Source: an uncultured Gammaproteobacteria bacterium (GTDB taxonomy: Bacteria > Patescibacteriota > Microgenomatia > UBA10105 > UBA927). From it: a DNA stretch of 64,000 bases. The stretch is from NCBI GenBank assembly GCA_964361785.1, contig CAYIBX010000001.1, positions 5,857 to 69,856 of the forward strand, given 5' to 3'. The position numbers were made by a program, and so were the translations under genes. Below, piece by piece: positions 1 through 10,433 of this stretch. How positions within the stretch are numbered: position 1 is the first letter of the stretch; each line of letters begins with the position of its first letter. The notes under the pieces were generated by a model. It ran no database searches. It was not told the DNA's origin and saw nothing but the letters and a program-made list of their open reading frames with translations.

Positions 1-1
1 G

Positions 2-1132
2 TTGGCCTATAGGTCGATGATTATATTGAGAATAAGTGCCAGTGGAGAAAGAGCTCGCAATATCCTTATGTTGATAGTTTTGATGATTGTTGTTGTTGGT
101 ACGTCCGTTACTGCAATGGTTGATCGCAATCGTGTGGCTCCCGTGTGGGGAGTGCACGATATTATTCTGCAAGAAGAACAAGCATTACGATTCTTATTAC
201 AGGGAAAAAATCCGTACAAAGAGACCTACTTTGGCACTCCAGTTGAGTCATTTCACTACGCAGAGATAGATAATGAAAATGCTGTTAATCCTGCGCTCTA
301 TCATTTTGTAATGCCACCGTGGTATTTACTTTTTCCGTTTGGATTTTATGTGCTTGGTGTGAAATTATTAGGATTCTTTGATGCCCGTATGGCGCTTCTT
401 TTTTGCATGGTCGGATTACTATTGATTTTATGGAGGTGGATAAAAGATATAAATGTTAAGCGGCTTTCAGTGGTACTCGCTTCACTTTCACCATCAATCT
501 TTGATTATTTTATCGAAGGCAGGAGCGACGTGTTTGCATTTTTTTGGCTCCTTTTGTCGTTATATATATTGTCGTTAAAAAAACCAGCGATAGCTTCGTT
601 TGTTTTTGGTCTTGCGATCATGAGCAAGCAAACCATATGGATCGCGGTTCCTTTTTATTTTATGTATCTTTATGTCACAGAGGTCAGAAAAAGAAGCCGC
701 ATGTGGGTATCCGTTGTCGTTACCTGTCTTGTGTCGATGGGTCTTACACTCCCATTCTTATGGTGGGACGCGCGCGCGTTTATCGATAGTGTTTTCTTGT
801 ATCTCACCGGAGGTACCATCGGAAGTTATCCGGTATCAGGGTACGGGTTCAGTATGATACTTGTTAATGTTGGTATTATAAAAAATATCTACGACCCGTA
901 TCCATTTTATATCTATCAGGGTATGTTTGGATTGCCGCTTCTACTTTTACTTTTGCGCTGGGTCGTCAAAATACCAAAAATATCAACTGTCTTATTTTCA
1001 TACGGCACTTTTCTTTGGTTTTTTTGGTATATGAGTAGATACTTTAATAATAGTCACATAGGATACATATCACTTATTTTTTTGATTGCAGGAATGCTTT
1101 TTATGAATGAACGAGAAGCGAAAAAAATATGA
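2..1132 (+). CDS. Polytopic membrane protein, 5'-partial, possible GT-C-type glycosyltransferase (DUF2029/PimE-like guess)
   Basis: ORF open from the window edge. The protein is very hydrophobic with more than 8 predicted TM stretches. It ends in an ATGA overlap with the next gene and sits inside a glycosyltransferase operon. Confidence 0.45.
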   Translation: MAYRSMIILRISASGERARNILMLIVLMIVVVGTSVTAMVDRNRVAPVWGVHDIILQEEQALRFLLQGKNPYKETYFGTPVESFHYAEIDNENAVNPALYHFVMPPWYLLFPFGFYVLGVKLLGFFDARMALLFCMVGLLLILWRWIKDINVKRLSVVLASLSPSIFDYFIEGRSDVFAFFWLLLSLYILSLKKPAIASFVFGLAIMSKQTIWIAVPFYFMYLYVTEVRKRSRMWVSVVVTCLVSMGLTLPFLWWDARAFIDSVFLYLTGGTIGSYPVSGYGFSMILVNVGIIKNIYDPYPFYIYQGMFGLPLLLLLLRWVVKIPKISTVLFSYGTFLWFFWYMSRYFNNSHIGYISLIFLIAGMLFMNEREAKKI

Positions 1133-2733
1133 AAGTTAGCTATATCCTACTTGGGATTATTGTCGTTCTCGCAGCGTGGCTTAGACTAACAAATCTTACC
1201 TCTAATCCGCCAGCGCTTTCATGGGATGAAGTATCTATAGGCTACAACGCGAATACTATTTTATCTAAAGGTACTGATGAGCATGGTGTGCGATTTCCTC
1301 TTGGAGCTTTTGCCGGATTTGGTGATTACAAACCATCACTTCCTATTTATCTTACCGTTCCTTTTATCGCAGTTTTTGGTTTGTCTGATTTGGCAGTTCG
1401 GTTGCCCTCTTCCATTTTTGGCATACTGACGGTGTTGTTGATGTATTTTCTTGTGAAAGAATTATTCTCCAATCAAAGACTTGCTCTTTTAAGCGCCTTA
1501 TTTTTGGCTATCTCTCCGTGGCACATTATGCTCTCTAGAACTGGATTTGAAGCAAATATTGCAGCATTTTTTGTTACACTTGGCGTGTATCTTCTATTAG
1601 TTTCACGAAAGAATTCAAACGTATTGCCTTTCGCCTTTTTGCCATTCGTCTTAGGCATGTATACGTTTAATTCAGCACGGTATGCAGGACCTCTTATCGC
1701 TTTTGGAGTGCTCTGTTTTTCGTGGGGTGCAATTTCGAAAGCGAAAACTTCTCTTTATAAAGGATTGATTATCGCAGCAATTGCTTTACTGCCGCTTATG
1801 CCGCATCTTGTTTCGAAAGAAGCCAGACTTCGGTTTCAAGAGGTAAGTATTTTTACAGATCTTCAAGTCATACTTACTTCAAACCAACGAAGTCTGGTAG
1901 ATGGAAATTCGTGGTGGTCCAAAGTCGTTGACAACAGGCGATTTGGATATGGCAGAGAATATCTTGTGCATTTTTTGGATAACGTAGAACCTCGATTTCT
2001 TTTTATCAAAGGGGATGGAAATCCTAAATTTTCTATTCAGGATACAGGACAATTACTGCTTGTTACCGCCCCGTTTATTTTTATCGGATGGTTAGCGCTT
2101 TTTGCGCGTCAGCCGAAAATAGCAGGATTGCTTCTTTTTTGGCTGTTGGCTTCCATTGCACCAGCAGCAGTTGCTCGTGAAACGCCACATGCTCTTCGGG
2201 TGGAAAATGGATTGCCGGTATGGATCATCATTACGGCATACGGATATGTACAGTTTCTGAGTATGTTTGCCGGCAAAAAGCTGCGGTTATTCGTTGGTAT
2301 TGTCATGGTTCTTTTAGTGCTTGGAAACTTTGGTTATTTTTGGCATACGTATACGACACATTATAAAAAAGAATATTCAGGCGAATGGCAATATGGGTAC
2401 AAAGAAGCTATTGAGTATAGCGAGAGTGTGAAAGAAAAGTATGACGTGATAGTACTCACAGAGAGCCTCGGCCGGCCATATATCTACACGCTTTTTTATG
2501 GAAAGTATGACCTTTCATTTTTCCAAACCACTAAAGATGCCTCGTTTGATAAAGAGGGATTTTATAATGTTTATCGGTTTGGCAAATATCGATTTGTACG
2601 ACACATAAACGAGAAGTATGAGGGTCGCGTGCTCTATATACTCCCAATAAACGAAGTCCCAGAGAATGCAAAAGTCTTAAAAAACATTTCGCTATTAAAT
2701 GGCTTTATCGGGCTTGTGATATTTGAGTTATAA
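1129..2733 (+). CDS. GT39-family (PMT/ArnT-like) polyprenyl-phosphate-sugar-dependent membrane glycosyltransferase, paralog 1
   Basis: 534 aa multi-TM protein. N-terminal loop has 'WDEVSIGYNANT...GTDEHG' (DE motif), then 'ISPWH' and 'ARETPHALR', which are typical of GT39/PMT. It is the first of three tandem paralogs. Confidence 0.7.
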   Translation: MKVSYILLGIIVVLAAWLRLTNLTSNPPALSWDEVSIGYNANTILSKGTDEHGVRFPLGAFAGFGDYKPSLPIYLTVPFIAVFGLSDLAVRLPSSIFGILTVLLMYFLVKELFSNQRLALLSALFLAISPWHIMLSRTGFEANIAAFFVTLGVYLLLVSRKNSNVLPFAFLPFVLGMYTFNSARYAGPLIAFGVLCFSWGAISKAKTSLYKGLIIAAIALLPLMPHLVSKEARLRFQEVSIFTDLQVILTSNQRSLVDGNSWWSKVVDNRRFGYGREYLVHFLDNVEPRFLFIKGDGNPKFSIQDTGQLLLVTAPFIFIGWLALFARQPKIAGLLLFWLLASIAPAAVARETPHALRVENGLPVWIIITAYGYVQFLSMFAGKKLRLFVGIVMVLLVLGNFGYFWHTYTTHYKKEYSGEWQYGYKEAIEYSESVKEKYDVIVLTESLGRPYIYTLFYGKYDLSFFQTTKDASFDKEGFYNVYRFGKYRFVRHINEKYEGRVLYILPINEVPENAKVLKNISLLNGFIGLVIFEL

Positions 2734-2735
2734 CA

Positions 2736-4361
2736 ATGAAAAAAACATTATTGCTCGGATCAATTCTAATTCTTGCTGCGGTGCTGCGATTTTGGCAGTT
2801 AGGCGCCGTGCCGCCAAGTCCTGATTGGGATGAAGCAGCATTAGGGTACAACGCGTATTCACTGCTTACTACTGGCCGCGATGAGTATGGTACGCATTGG
2901 CCACTTGCTTTACGATCATTTGATGATTATAAGCCTCCGCTCTATGCATATTTAGCAATACCATCCATTAAAGTTTTTGGTCTTTCTCTTTTTTCCGTGA
3001 GACTGCCTGCCGCAATTATGGGTGTTTTAGGCGTCTTGGGGACATATTTTTTAGTGACCTTTTTGTTTAAAAATTTGACACTTGGACTTTTGAGCGCGAT
3101 TCTTTTGGCCATATCGCCATGGCATTTACAATTTTCGCGTATCGCATTTGAAGCAAATGTTGGGGTGACCCTCAATATTTGGGGCATGTATTTTCTTTTT
3201 AAGTCTTTAAACAATGGCAAGGTGATGCCAATTTCTGCTTTTATTTTAGGACTCGGGTTTTACGCGTATCATAGTGAGAGAGTATTTATACCCCTTTTTA
3301 TTCTTTTGGTGTTCGTGTTGTTTAGTAAGAAGTTTTTCGCAAAGTGGAAATATTTTTTAGTATCTCTCGGAGTAGGTGCTATTATCGTCGCTCCATTATT
3401 TCCCATTGTTTTCGGAAACAATGGCCTTACCCGGCTGAAAGGAACCAGTAGCCTTTCCGATCAGACGGGTCTACTTTCTAAAAGTGTAGCTAGGTTAGAA
3501 GACGATGTAATACGCGGGGATTTATTTGGCGCCATGTGGGAAAACAGACGCTTGGTGTATGTCAAGACTATTGCAGATGGATACCTCTCACATTTTTCTC
3601 TCAAATGGTTGTTTTTGACGGGGGACAATGGGCGACATCATGCGCCTGATATGGGCCTTATGTATCTTTGGGAATTGCCATTTTTTCTTTGGGGCATGGT
3701 GGAGGTGTTTAAACGCGGCGGTGTCAATGCAAAATTACTTTTTGGATGGCTTCTGTTAGTCCCTGTCGCTGCATCTGTCACTTCAGAGACTCCTCATGCG
3801 ATACGAACACTTGTAGCACTGCCTTTGCCGCAAATTTTTACTGCTTTTGGTCTCTTTAGCGTCTATATCAATTTTATGAAGAAGATAAAAAATCTTACAA
3901 AGAATATGCGTGTGGTTGTTTTCGCTATTTTCGTTTTTAGTTTTTTGGCTTTAGTATTTAACATCGGTTATTACTTTCATATGTACTACTCGCACATGAA
4001 CATCGAGTATTCTCAAGTTTGGCAATATGGATACAAACAAGCAGTCGAATACACAGAGGCGCATAAATCAAAGTATAAGAAGATAGTTGTGTCTACGAAA
4101 TTAGAACAACCGCACATGTTCTATTTATTTTTTATGAAATATGATCCCAGCTTCTATTTAGCTGGAGGCGGCACGGCGTCGGGTGGATTTGCCGAGGTGA
4201 GAAACAGATTTGATGTGTATGAATTTCGGCCTATTCACTGGCCGAATGAATTGCACGACGGCTCGATTTTGTATGTAGGAACACCGCGGGAAATTCTTAC
4301 AGATCCCATATACAGAATTTCATTTCTTAATGGGTTCGAGGCGATACGAATTGCAGAGTAA
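2736..4361 (+). CDS. GT39-family membrane glycosyltransferase, paralog 2
   Basis: 541 aa. Shares 'DWDEAALGYNAYS...GRDEYG', 'ISPWH' and 'SETPHAIR' with its neighbours. Confidence 0.7.
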   Translation: MKKTLLLGSILILAAVLRFWQLGAVPPSPDWDEAALGYNAYSLLTTGRDEYGTHWPLALRSFDDYKPPLYAYLAIPSIKVFGLSLFSVRLPAAIMGVLGVLGTYFLVTFLFKNLTLGLLSAILLAISPWHLQFSRIAFEANVGVTLNIWGMYFLFKSLNNGKVMPISAFILGLGFYAYHSERVFIPLFILLVFVLFSKKFFAKWKYFLVSLGVGAIIVAPLFPIVFGNNGLTRLKGTSSLSDQTGLLSKSVARLEDDVIRGDLFGAMWENRRLVYVKTIADGYLSHFSLKWLFLTGDNGRHHAPDMGLMYLWELPFFLWGMVEVFKRGGVNAKLLFGWLLLVPVAASVTSETPHAIRTLVALPLPQIFTAFGLFSVYINFMKKIKNLTKNMRVVVFAIFVFSFLALVFNIGYYFHMYYSHMNIEYSQVWQYGYKQAVEYTEAHKSKYKKIVVSTKLEQPHMFYLFFMKYDPSFYLAGGGTASGGFAEVRNRFDVYEFRPIHWPNELHDGSILYVGTPREILTDPIYRISFLNGFEAIRIAE

Positions 4362-4366
4362 AAGGC

Positions 4367-6010
4367 ATGTCTATGTTTAATCGTACATATTTAGGTTTCA
4401 CGTTCATTTTACTTTTTGCAGCGTTTTTGCGGCTTTATGCATTGGCTTTCGTGCCGCCTTCACCTTCTCTTGATGAAGTTTCCATAGGCTACAACGCATA
4501 TTCCATACTTACGACGGGCAAAGATGAGTATGGGTATAGATTGCCGCTTCTTCTTCGCGCGTATGATGATTGGCGCCCTGCGCTGTACGTATACATGGTC
4601 ATCCCGTTTGTAAAATTAATGGGTCTTTCATCTTTAGCTGTTCGATTTCCGTCTATAATTTTGTCGCTTTTTGCTGTGTATCTGATGTTTCGTCTCGGCA
4701 AACTTTTTTCGCGGTTTAACAGTCGATTACGATACTTAGGTGAGGCGGCATCGTTTTTTATAGCAATATCGCCGTGGCATATTTATATTTCCCGTTTAGG
4801 ACATGAAGCGAATTTAGGATTTACGTTAACGCTTGCGGGAGTGTATGCACTGTGTGTGTTTATTATAGAAAAAAAACAATGGTATCTTTTGTGGGCATCA
4901 ATATTGTTTGGCGCCTCACTTCATGGGTACCAAAGTCAAAAAGTTATTACACCAATTCTTCTTATAGCATTTGGCGCAATGTATTGGAAAGAATGCGTAA
5001 AACATATAAAAGCGGCGTGTCTATCAGTATGTGTATTTCTTCTTATTGTACTTCCTGCCGTGTATGTAACGGTTACCGGAGAGGGATTGAGCAGGCTTAA
5101 AGGTACGAGTGCATTCTCTGTCGATGCCCCAGTGTACACACAAGCGTTTCAAGCCTTACAAATTGCAAAAAGTTCTAACGACGTTATAGGAAAGATAATA
5201 AATAATCATAAAGTAGTTATGGCAAGAGTTTTTACCAATAATTACTTTTCTCATTTTGCCCCACCATGGTTATTTATGGGAAGCGAACGGGAAGCTCATA
5301 AAGTGCCGAATATGGGCCTTTTGTATTCATGGGAATTGGTAAGTGTACTTGTGGGGCTTATTTATCTTATTGTTTTTAGCAGTATAGATTTTCGTGTATT
5401 GCTTTTTTTATTGGTGTGGGGACTTTCAGGCCCATTGCCCGCCGCGATTACAACCCAAGCTCCACACGCCATGCGTAGCTTTACATGGCTTCCTCCATTG
5501 GCGCTTATCAGCGCTATTGGTGTGTTGGAATTATGGTATGTCGCAAGAAAAATTACATGGACGCGCTGGATTATCGTAGGAGGAATTATTTTATTAAGCC
5601 TCATGCAATTTGGAAAAGGGTATTTTATAACGTTTCCTCGTACACAATCAGATTCGTTTCAGTATGCCATGAAAGATACGATGGCTTTTGTACAGGGAAC
5701 GAAAAATGAATATAAACAAATTGTCTTTTCAAATAACAGCAATTTGTATCAGTCGTATATGTTTTATCTTTTTTATACCTCGTTTGATCCTAGCCGTTAT
5801 CAAACGCTCGGCGGCAGTGTGTCAGGCGGATATGACAAGCCGCATACGATTAAGAATTTTGAATTTCGCTCAATAAACTGGTCTACAGAAGTGCTCAAAG
5901 CTGATACGCTGTATATTACTGATAGTAAAGAGGCGCCTACGCGAAAACGCGTGGTAAATATATTTAAGAATCTTGACGGGAAAGAAGCAATTATTGCATT
6001 TACCTTATGA
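4367..6010 (+). CDS. GT39-family membrane glycosyltransferase, paralog 3
   Basis: 547 aa. Carries 'LDEVSIGYNAYS...GKDEYG', 'ISPWH' and 'TQAPHAMR'. Its stop overlaps the next start (ATGA). Confidence 0.7.
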   Translation: MSMFNRTYLGFTFILLFAAFLRLYALAFVPPSPSLDEVSIGYNAYSILTTGKDEYGYRLPLLLRAYDDWRPALYVYMVIPFVKLMGLSSLAVRFPSIILSLFAVYLMFRLGKLFSRFNSRLRYLGEAASFFIAISPWHIYISRLGHEANLGFTLTLAGVYALCVFIIEKKQWYLLWASILFGASLHGYQSQKVITPILLIAFGAMYWKECVKHIKAACLSVCVFLLIVLPAVYVTVTGEGLSRLKGTSAFSVDAPVYTQAFQALQIAKSSNDVIGKIINNHKVVMARVFTNNYFSHFAPPWLFMGSEREAHKVPNMGLLYSWELVSVLVGLIYLIVFSSIDFRVLLFLLVWGLSGPLPAAITTQAPHAMRSFTWLPPLALISAIGVLELWYVARKITWTRWIIVGGIILLSLMQFGKGYFITFPRTQSDSFQYAMKDTMAFVQGTKNEYKQIVFSNNSNLYQSYMFYLFYTSFDPSRYQTLGGSVSGGYDKPHTIKNFEFRSINWSTEVLKADTLYITDSKEAPTRKRVVNIFKNLDGKEAIIAFTL

Positions 6011-7530
6011 AAAATTTTCATCACCGAAATACGCGCCGGTATGTACTACTACTTATTATCATTATCCTCATTGGATTATTGCCAAGAGCGGTAGAGATCT
6101 TAAGCGGTAATTTTCTCTTTGGGTACGATATGGGACTGTTTTTTGAGAAGGTTAAACGTATTGTCGTTGATCATACGTTTACACTCATCGGTGAAGAGGT
6201 TGGCGGGAGGGGAGGATTTTTTCAAGGTCCGGGATTTTATTATCTTTTGGCTATTCCATTTTTCTTATCCGGTGGTGATCCGTATAGCGGGATGGTGCTG
6301 ATGTTTTTGACTGGATCAGCAACACTTATTCTGACAGCGGTGCTTGCCGCTCGGGCCTTGGGATGGATAGAGGCGTTGTTTATTGTTTTTCTTATGGCTG
6401 TTTCGCCTGCGATGGTGGCGCAATCCCGCTTTATATGGAATCCTTTTTTTATCCCATTGATAACCGTTGGCGTATTATTTCTTTTTTATGAAGTTCTCAA
6501 AAAGAAAGAAATTACGCTTCCAGCACTATTTTTGAGTCTTTCAATGATGTTTCATTTTGAAATAGCTACGGGCATTATGATGTTTTTGGAATTTTCTATC
6601 TTCACCGCGTATCTATGGCGTGTGCGCATGGTGCGTGGAAGGTATGTATTGGCTGCGTATGCAGCATTTTTCCTATCTCAAATTCATTTTGTTTTGTTTG
6701 ATTTGCGTCACGACTTTCTTATCACCAAAGGTATTCTAGCCACGGCATTTGGCAAAGATCCCTCTTCCCACAATGTTACCTTGTTATACGCACAGCGTAT
6801 GATTGAGAATCACTGGGATGTGTTTCGGTATAATTTTTTATCTACTTTCGCGTATTCAAATGTAATTTGGCCGGTGTTACTCGTGTTGGTCGGGGTTGGT
6901 GCATATGCCATGATACGGGATAAGCATGTAGATGATGCGCATAAAAAGTTTCTTGTATTTTTGTGTATTTCGCCAATTGTTATGTTTGTTTTATATATGA
7001 AATATCTTTGGCCGATGTGGGAGTGGTGGTTATTGGAGCTGGGTGTTGTTTATATATTTGTGGTTGGACTCGTTTTTTCATGGGGGTGGAAGCGAGGTAG
7101 CATATGGAGGGGAATTGTCGCTATACTTACATGCTTGTTTCTTTTTTCGCATATAAACTCAACGATTCAGTTTTATCGATTAGACTATCACGATTATGGC
7201 GGCACGCATAAAATTCGAGGAAAAATAGATGCTATAGATTCAATCTACCAAGATGCAGCCGGTAAACCATTTAATCTTCTTGTATTTACGCCGCCCGTAT
7301 ATACATATCCGTATGATTATTTATTTTGGTGGCATGGAAAGAGAAAATACGGGTATGTACCAACAAAAGAAAAAAAAGATACGTTCTATCTTCTTATTGA
7401 GCCAGATCCACAAAAGCCATGGAGTTATGAAGGCTGGCTTGAGACAGTTATTAAAACCGGCACAGTAGAGAAAACTTGGAAATTACCGAGCGGATTTATT
7501 ATTGAAAAAAGAGTGGAGATGTCTCCATGA
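6007..7530 (+). CDS. Polytopic membrane protein, putative GT-C-type glycosyltransferase
   Basis: 507 aa with more than 10 hydrophobic segments. It is in operonic overlap with the GT39 genes upstream and the YfhO-like gene downstream. Confidence 0.45.
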   Translation: MKNFHHRNTRRYVLLLIIIILIGLLPRAVEILSGNFLFGYDMGLFFEKVKRIVVDHTFTLIGEEVGGRGGFFQGPGFYYLLAIPFFLSGGDPYSGMVLMFLTGSATLILTAVLAARALGWIEALFIVFLMAVSPAMVAQSRFIWNPFFIPLITVGVLFLFYEVLKKKEITLPALFLSLSMMFHFEIATGIMMFLEFSIFTAYLWRVRMVRGRYVLAAYAAFFLSQIHFVLFDLRHDFLITKGILATAFGKDPSSHNVTLLYAQRMIENHWDVFRYNFLSTFAYSNVIWPVLLVLVGVGAYAMIRDKHVDDAHKKFLVFLCISPIVMFVLYMKYLWPMWEWWLLELGVVYIFVVGLVFSWGWKRGSIWRGIVAILTCLFLFSHINSTIQFYRLDYHDYGGTHKIRGKIDAIDSIYQDAAGKPFNLLVFTPPVYTYPYDYLFWWHGKRKYGYVPTKEKKDTFYLLIEPDPQKPWSYEGWLETVIKTGTVEKTWKLPSGFIIEKRVEMSP

Positions 7531-9149
7531 AGAAACTATCTTTTAACTGGTTTATCTGGCTTATACTTCTTATTGTTTCGCTACTACCTCTTTTTGACTT
7601 GTTTAATTCAGGATTGCCCATAACGCATGATGGCAAAGATCATGTCGCAAGGATTGCCAATTTTTATCAATCTCTTTCTGAAGGTAACTTTGTTCCGCGA
7701 TGGGCTGGTAACCTTAACTGGGGATATGGGCATCCGGTGATGATGTTTTTGTATCCGTTGCCCTCTTATATTGCGTCAGCGTTTCATGTAATCGGATTTT
7801 CATTGGTCGATAGTGTCAAGCTTGTTTTTGCATTTGGATTTATTGCAAGTGTTGTATCTATGTATCTGTTTGCCTCATATCGTTTTGGCTATTTAGCTGG
7901 GATTCTTGCAGCATTGCTCTATGGTTTTGCTCCTTACAGGTTTGTGGATATGTATGTGCGCGGGGCAATTGGTGAACATATGGCGTTTATTTTCCTGCCA
8001 CTTGTTCTTTTAGGTTTATGGCAATCATCTATCGTTCTCATCGCAATGAGTATGGCCTTTTTACTTCTTTCTCATAATGCGGTGAGCTTGATGATGCTTC
8101 CTATCATAGCAGTATTTGTGGTGTACCTACTGGTTTTTGAGTCGAAGCGAAAACGGGAATTTCTTTTTAGATCTCTGACCGGTTTAATCCTAGGATTTGT
8201 CTTGTCTGCATTTTTTTGGTTGCCGGCCTATATGGAAGGCAAATACACACTGCGAGACATAGTAACCAAAGGCGAATTTACTTCACGGTTTGTTAATGTA
8301 GCTGATTTTTTCAACCCTACTTGGGGATATGGCACGGCAAATGAAATATCAAAGTTTTTGGGGTTTTCAAACATTTTTATTTTATTGTTAGCTCTGGTTC
8401 TTTTTCATTCGATGAGAAAGCCGTCAAAAGTACTGATTGGCGGCGCGTTGCTTTATACAATAGTATCTCTCGTATTAATGACTAATGTATCAGCGCCTGT
8501 TTGGCAGATAGTTTCGCTCATTCAGAAATTTCAGTTTCCGTGGAGGTTTTTACATGTCACGACGTTTCTGATTCCTATCATCGGGGCAGTTGTTGTTTCA
8601 CATATTGACATCAAGCGAAGGTTAAAAGTTGTCATAGTTTTTTCTGTTATCGCTATTATCGGTAGTTTTTCGATGTGGCATGCAAGAGATTACGTATCGA
8701 TGTCTGACAGTAATTTTACCGGTATGTATAATGGCACTACGGATACAGGAGAGAGCTCACCGATCTGGTCTATTCGTTTTATGGAAACGAAAGCCAAAGC
8801 TCCTATCGAAGTGATCAGCGGAAAAGGCGTGTCGATCTTTGTTGGCCCACGAAGGAGCACACATCATTCATATCGTGTCTTTTCGTTAGAATCTACGAAG
8901 CTTGTAGAAAATACACTCTATTTTCCCAATTGGGAGGTGTTTGTAGATAAAACACCTGTCCCTATAGAATTTCAAAATCCTAACTATCGTGGCTTACTGA
9001 CATTTGATGTCCCTGCAGGGGATCATGCAGTTGATGTTGTGTTTACGGACACCAAGCTTCGTATATTGGCCAATTGGATTTCAATCGGAGGATTTATGCT
9101 CACAATTGGGTTTCTTGTTACAATGCGATTATGGCAAAAAAGAACGTAA
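7527..9149 (+). CDS. YfhO-like GT-C membrane glycosyltransferase, paralog A
   Basis: 540 aa multi-TM protein with N-terminal 'HDGKDHVARI...PRWAGNLNWGYGHP', 'FVDMYVRGAIGE', and a C-terminal extracytoplasmic beta-domain ending 'YFPNWEVFVDKTPV'. This tail resembles the YfhO family tail 'PGWKAYVDGK'. Paralog of 11556..13202. Confidence 0.55.
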   Translation: MKKLSFNWFIWLILLIVSLLPLFDLFNSGLPITHDGKDHVARIANFYQSLSEGNFVPRWAGNLNWGYGHPVMMFLYPLPSYIASAFHVIGFSLVDSVKLVFAFGFIASVVSMYLFASYRFGYLAGILAALLYGFAPYRFVDMYVRGAIGEHMAFIFLPLVLLGLWQSSIVLIAMSMAFLLLSHNAVSLMMLPIIAVFVVYLLVFESKRKREFLFRSLTGLILGFVLSAFFWLPAYMEGKYTLRDIVTKGEFTSRFVNVADFFNPTWGYGTANEISKFLGFSNIFILLLALVLFHSMRKPSKVLIGGALLYTIVSLVLMTNVSAPVWQIVSLIQKFQFPWRFLHVTTFLIPIIGAVVVSHIDIKRRLKVVIVFSVIAIIGSFSMWHARDYVSMSDSNFTGMYNGTTDTGESSPIWSIRFMETKAKAPIEVISGKGVSIFVGPRRSTHHSYRVFSLESTKLVENTLYFPNWEVFVDKTPVPIEFQNPNYRGLLTFDVPAGDHAVDVVFTDTKLRILANWISIGGFMLTIGFLVTMRLWQKRT

Positions 9150-9901
9150 CCATTTCTGTAGCAATTGCGACGCACAATGAAGCTGTCAAACTCGGGGACT
9201 GTTTGTCTTCAGTAGCATCGTGGGCAGATGAACTAGTGGTTGTTGATGGCGGATCAGTAGATGGAACGCCTGAGATAGCAAAGCGGTTTGGCGCTATCGT
9301 ATACAAACGGGATAACCCACCTATGTTTCATATAAATAAACAGTATGCCATAAATGCGTGTAGGTGTGATTGGATATTACAGTTAGATGCAGATGAGATT
9401 ATAAGCCCAAAGCTTCGAGGCGAAATTCAGTCAGTAATAAAGAAAAAGAATACAAATATTGGGTATCAAATGCCCAGAAAAAATTTCTTCATTGGTAAGT
9501 GGCTTTCCAAAGGAGGGCAGTATCCTGATTATCTTGTGCGTTTGTTTAAAAGGGGTAAAGGTATATTGCCTTGTAAGTCAGTACATGAGCAGATTGTCAT
9601 AGATGGAGAGATCGGAACGCTTACAGAACCACTCCTTCACTATACCAACAACACGCTCGAAGAGTATTGGGCAAAAGCGGATACGTATACGTCGCTTACA
9701 GCTCTAGATTTGCGAAAGATGTATAAAACCCCAACGCTTAATTTATTGTTATCGTATTGTTTGATTAAACCGATTGTTACATTTTTTTCGATCTATCTTC
9801 GACACAAGGGGTTTGTCGATGGATGGCAGGGCATGCAATTTGCACTATTTTCAAGCCTTCACTTTCCTATGGCATACAAAAAGTTTAGAGCGTTACGATG
9901 A
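9131..9901 (+). CDS. Family 2 glycosyltransferase
   Basis: 'MAKKNVTISVAIATHNEAVKL...VVVDGGSVDGT' shows a GT-A fold with DxD-type motifs. The start is chosen at the internal ATG, not the extended ORF 9074. Confidence 0.75.
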   Translation: MAKKNVTISVAIATHNEAVKLGDCLSSVASWADELVVVDGGSVDGTPEIAKRFGAIVYKRDNPPMFHINKQYAINACRCDWILQLDADEIISPKLRGEIQSVIKKKNTNIGYQMPRKNFFIGKWLSKGGQYPDYLVRLFKRGKGILPCKSVHEQIVIDGEIGTLTEPLLHYTNNTLEEYWAKADTYTSLTALDLRKMYKTPTLNLLLSYCLIKPIVTFFSIYLRHKGFVDGWQGMQFALFSSLHFPMAYKKFRALR

Positions 9902-9902
9902 C

Positions 9903-10433
9903 ATGAAATATATTGTTTCTATACTTCTTTTTGCAATAGTCATTTTTACTCCCGCACGTGTACATGCTGAATACGTATTGCCATATCCATCATTCATGCC
10001 CGGAAATAAAATTTATAGAGTGTCAAGAATGTTTGATCAGCTGAAACGATATTGGAGTTTTGGCAGTATTGCGCAAACAAAATATACCATGAATATGGCA
10101 GATAAATATCTTGTTGAGGCAAAGACGCTATTTGAGTACAAACAGTATTTATTGGCTTTTGACGCATTAGACCGGTCTGACAAGGAGATTGTGAAATTAT
10201 CAAAACAAGTTCAGAGTGGCATTGAAGAAAAGAAAAATATGTCGCTCGTTGTCGAATCTATAAAAGAAGAGATGAGCGTTCACGAGATGTTACTTACAAA
10301 GCTCCAAAAAGAAATGCCATCAGAGTTTATATGGACGCCGGAAAAGCAAGCTTCTACCGTATTATCCATTCGTGAGAGGTTGATGATATCTATAAAACTT
10401 CGTCAAGATATACGCGTGAGTATGAATGAGTAA
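9903..10433 (+). CDS. Secreted hypothetical protein with predicted coiled-coil
   Basis: 'MKYIVSILLFAIVIFTPARVHA' signal peptide at an internal ATG of ORF 9774..10433. The rest is K/E-rich and helical. Confidence 0.5.
   Translation: MKYIVSILLFAIVIFTPARVHAEYVLPYPSFMPGNKIYRVSRMFDQLKRYWSFGSIAQTKYTMNMADKYLVEAKTLFEYKQYLLAFDALDRSDKEIVKLSKQVQSGIEEKKNMSLVVESIKEEMSVHEMLLTKLQKEMPSEFIWTPEKQASTVLSIRERLMISIKLRQDIRVSMNE

Noticed and set aside
9074-9130. N-terminal extensions of ORFs beyond plausible starts (9074, 9774, 16267, 24515, 38772, 42756, 45913, 51457, 57618, and the minus-strand 54584-54772)
   Set aside because: The extensions overlap upstream genes by tens to hundreds of nt. Internal ATGs give canonical family N-termini, such as GxGxxG Rossmann starts or signal peptides, and ATGA junctions.
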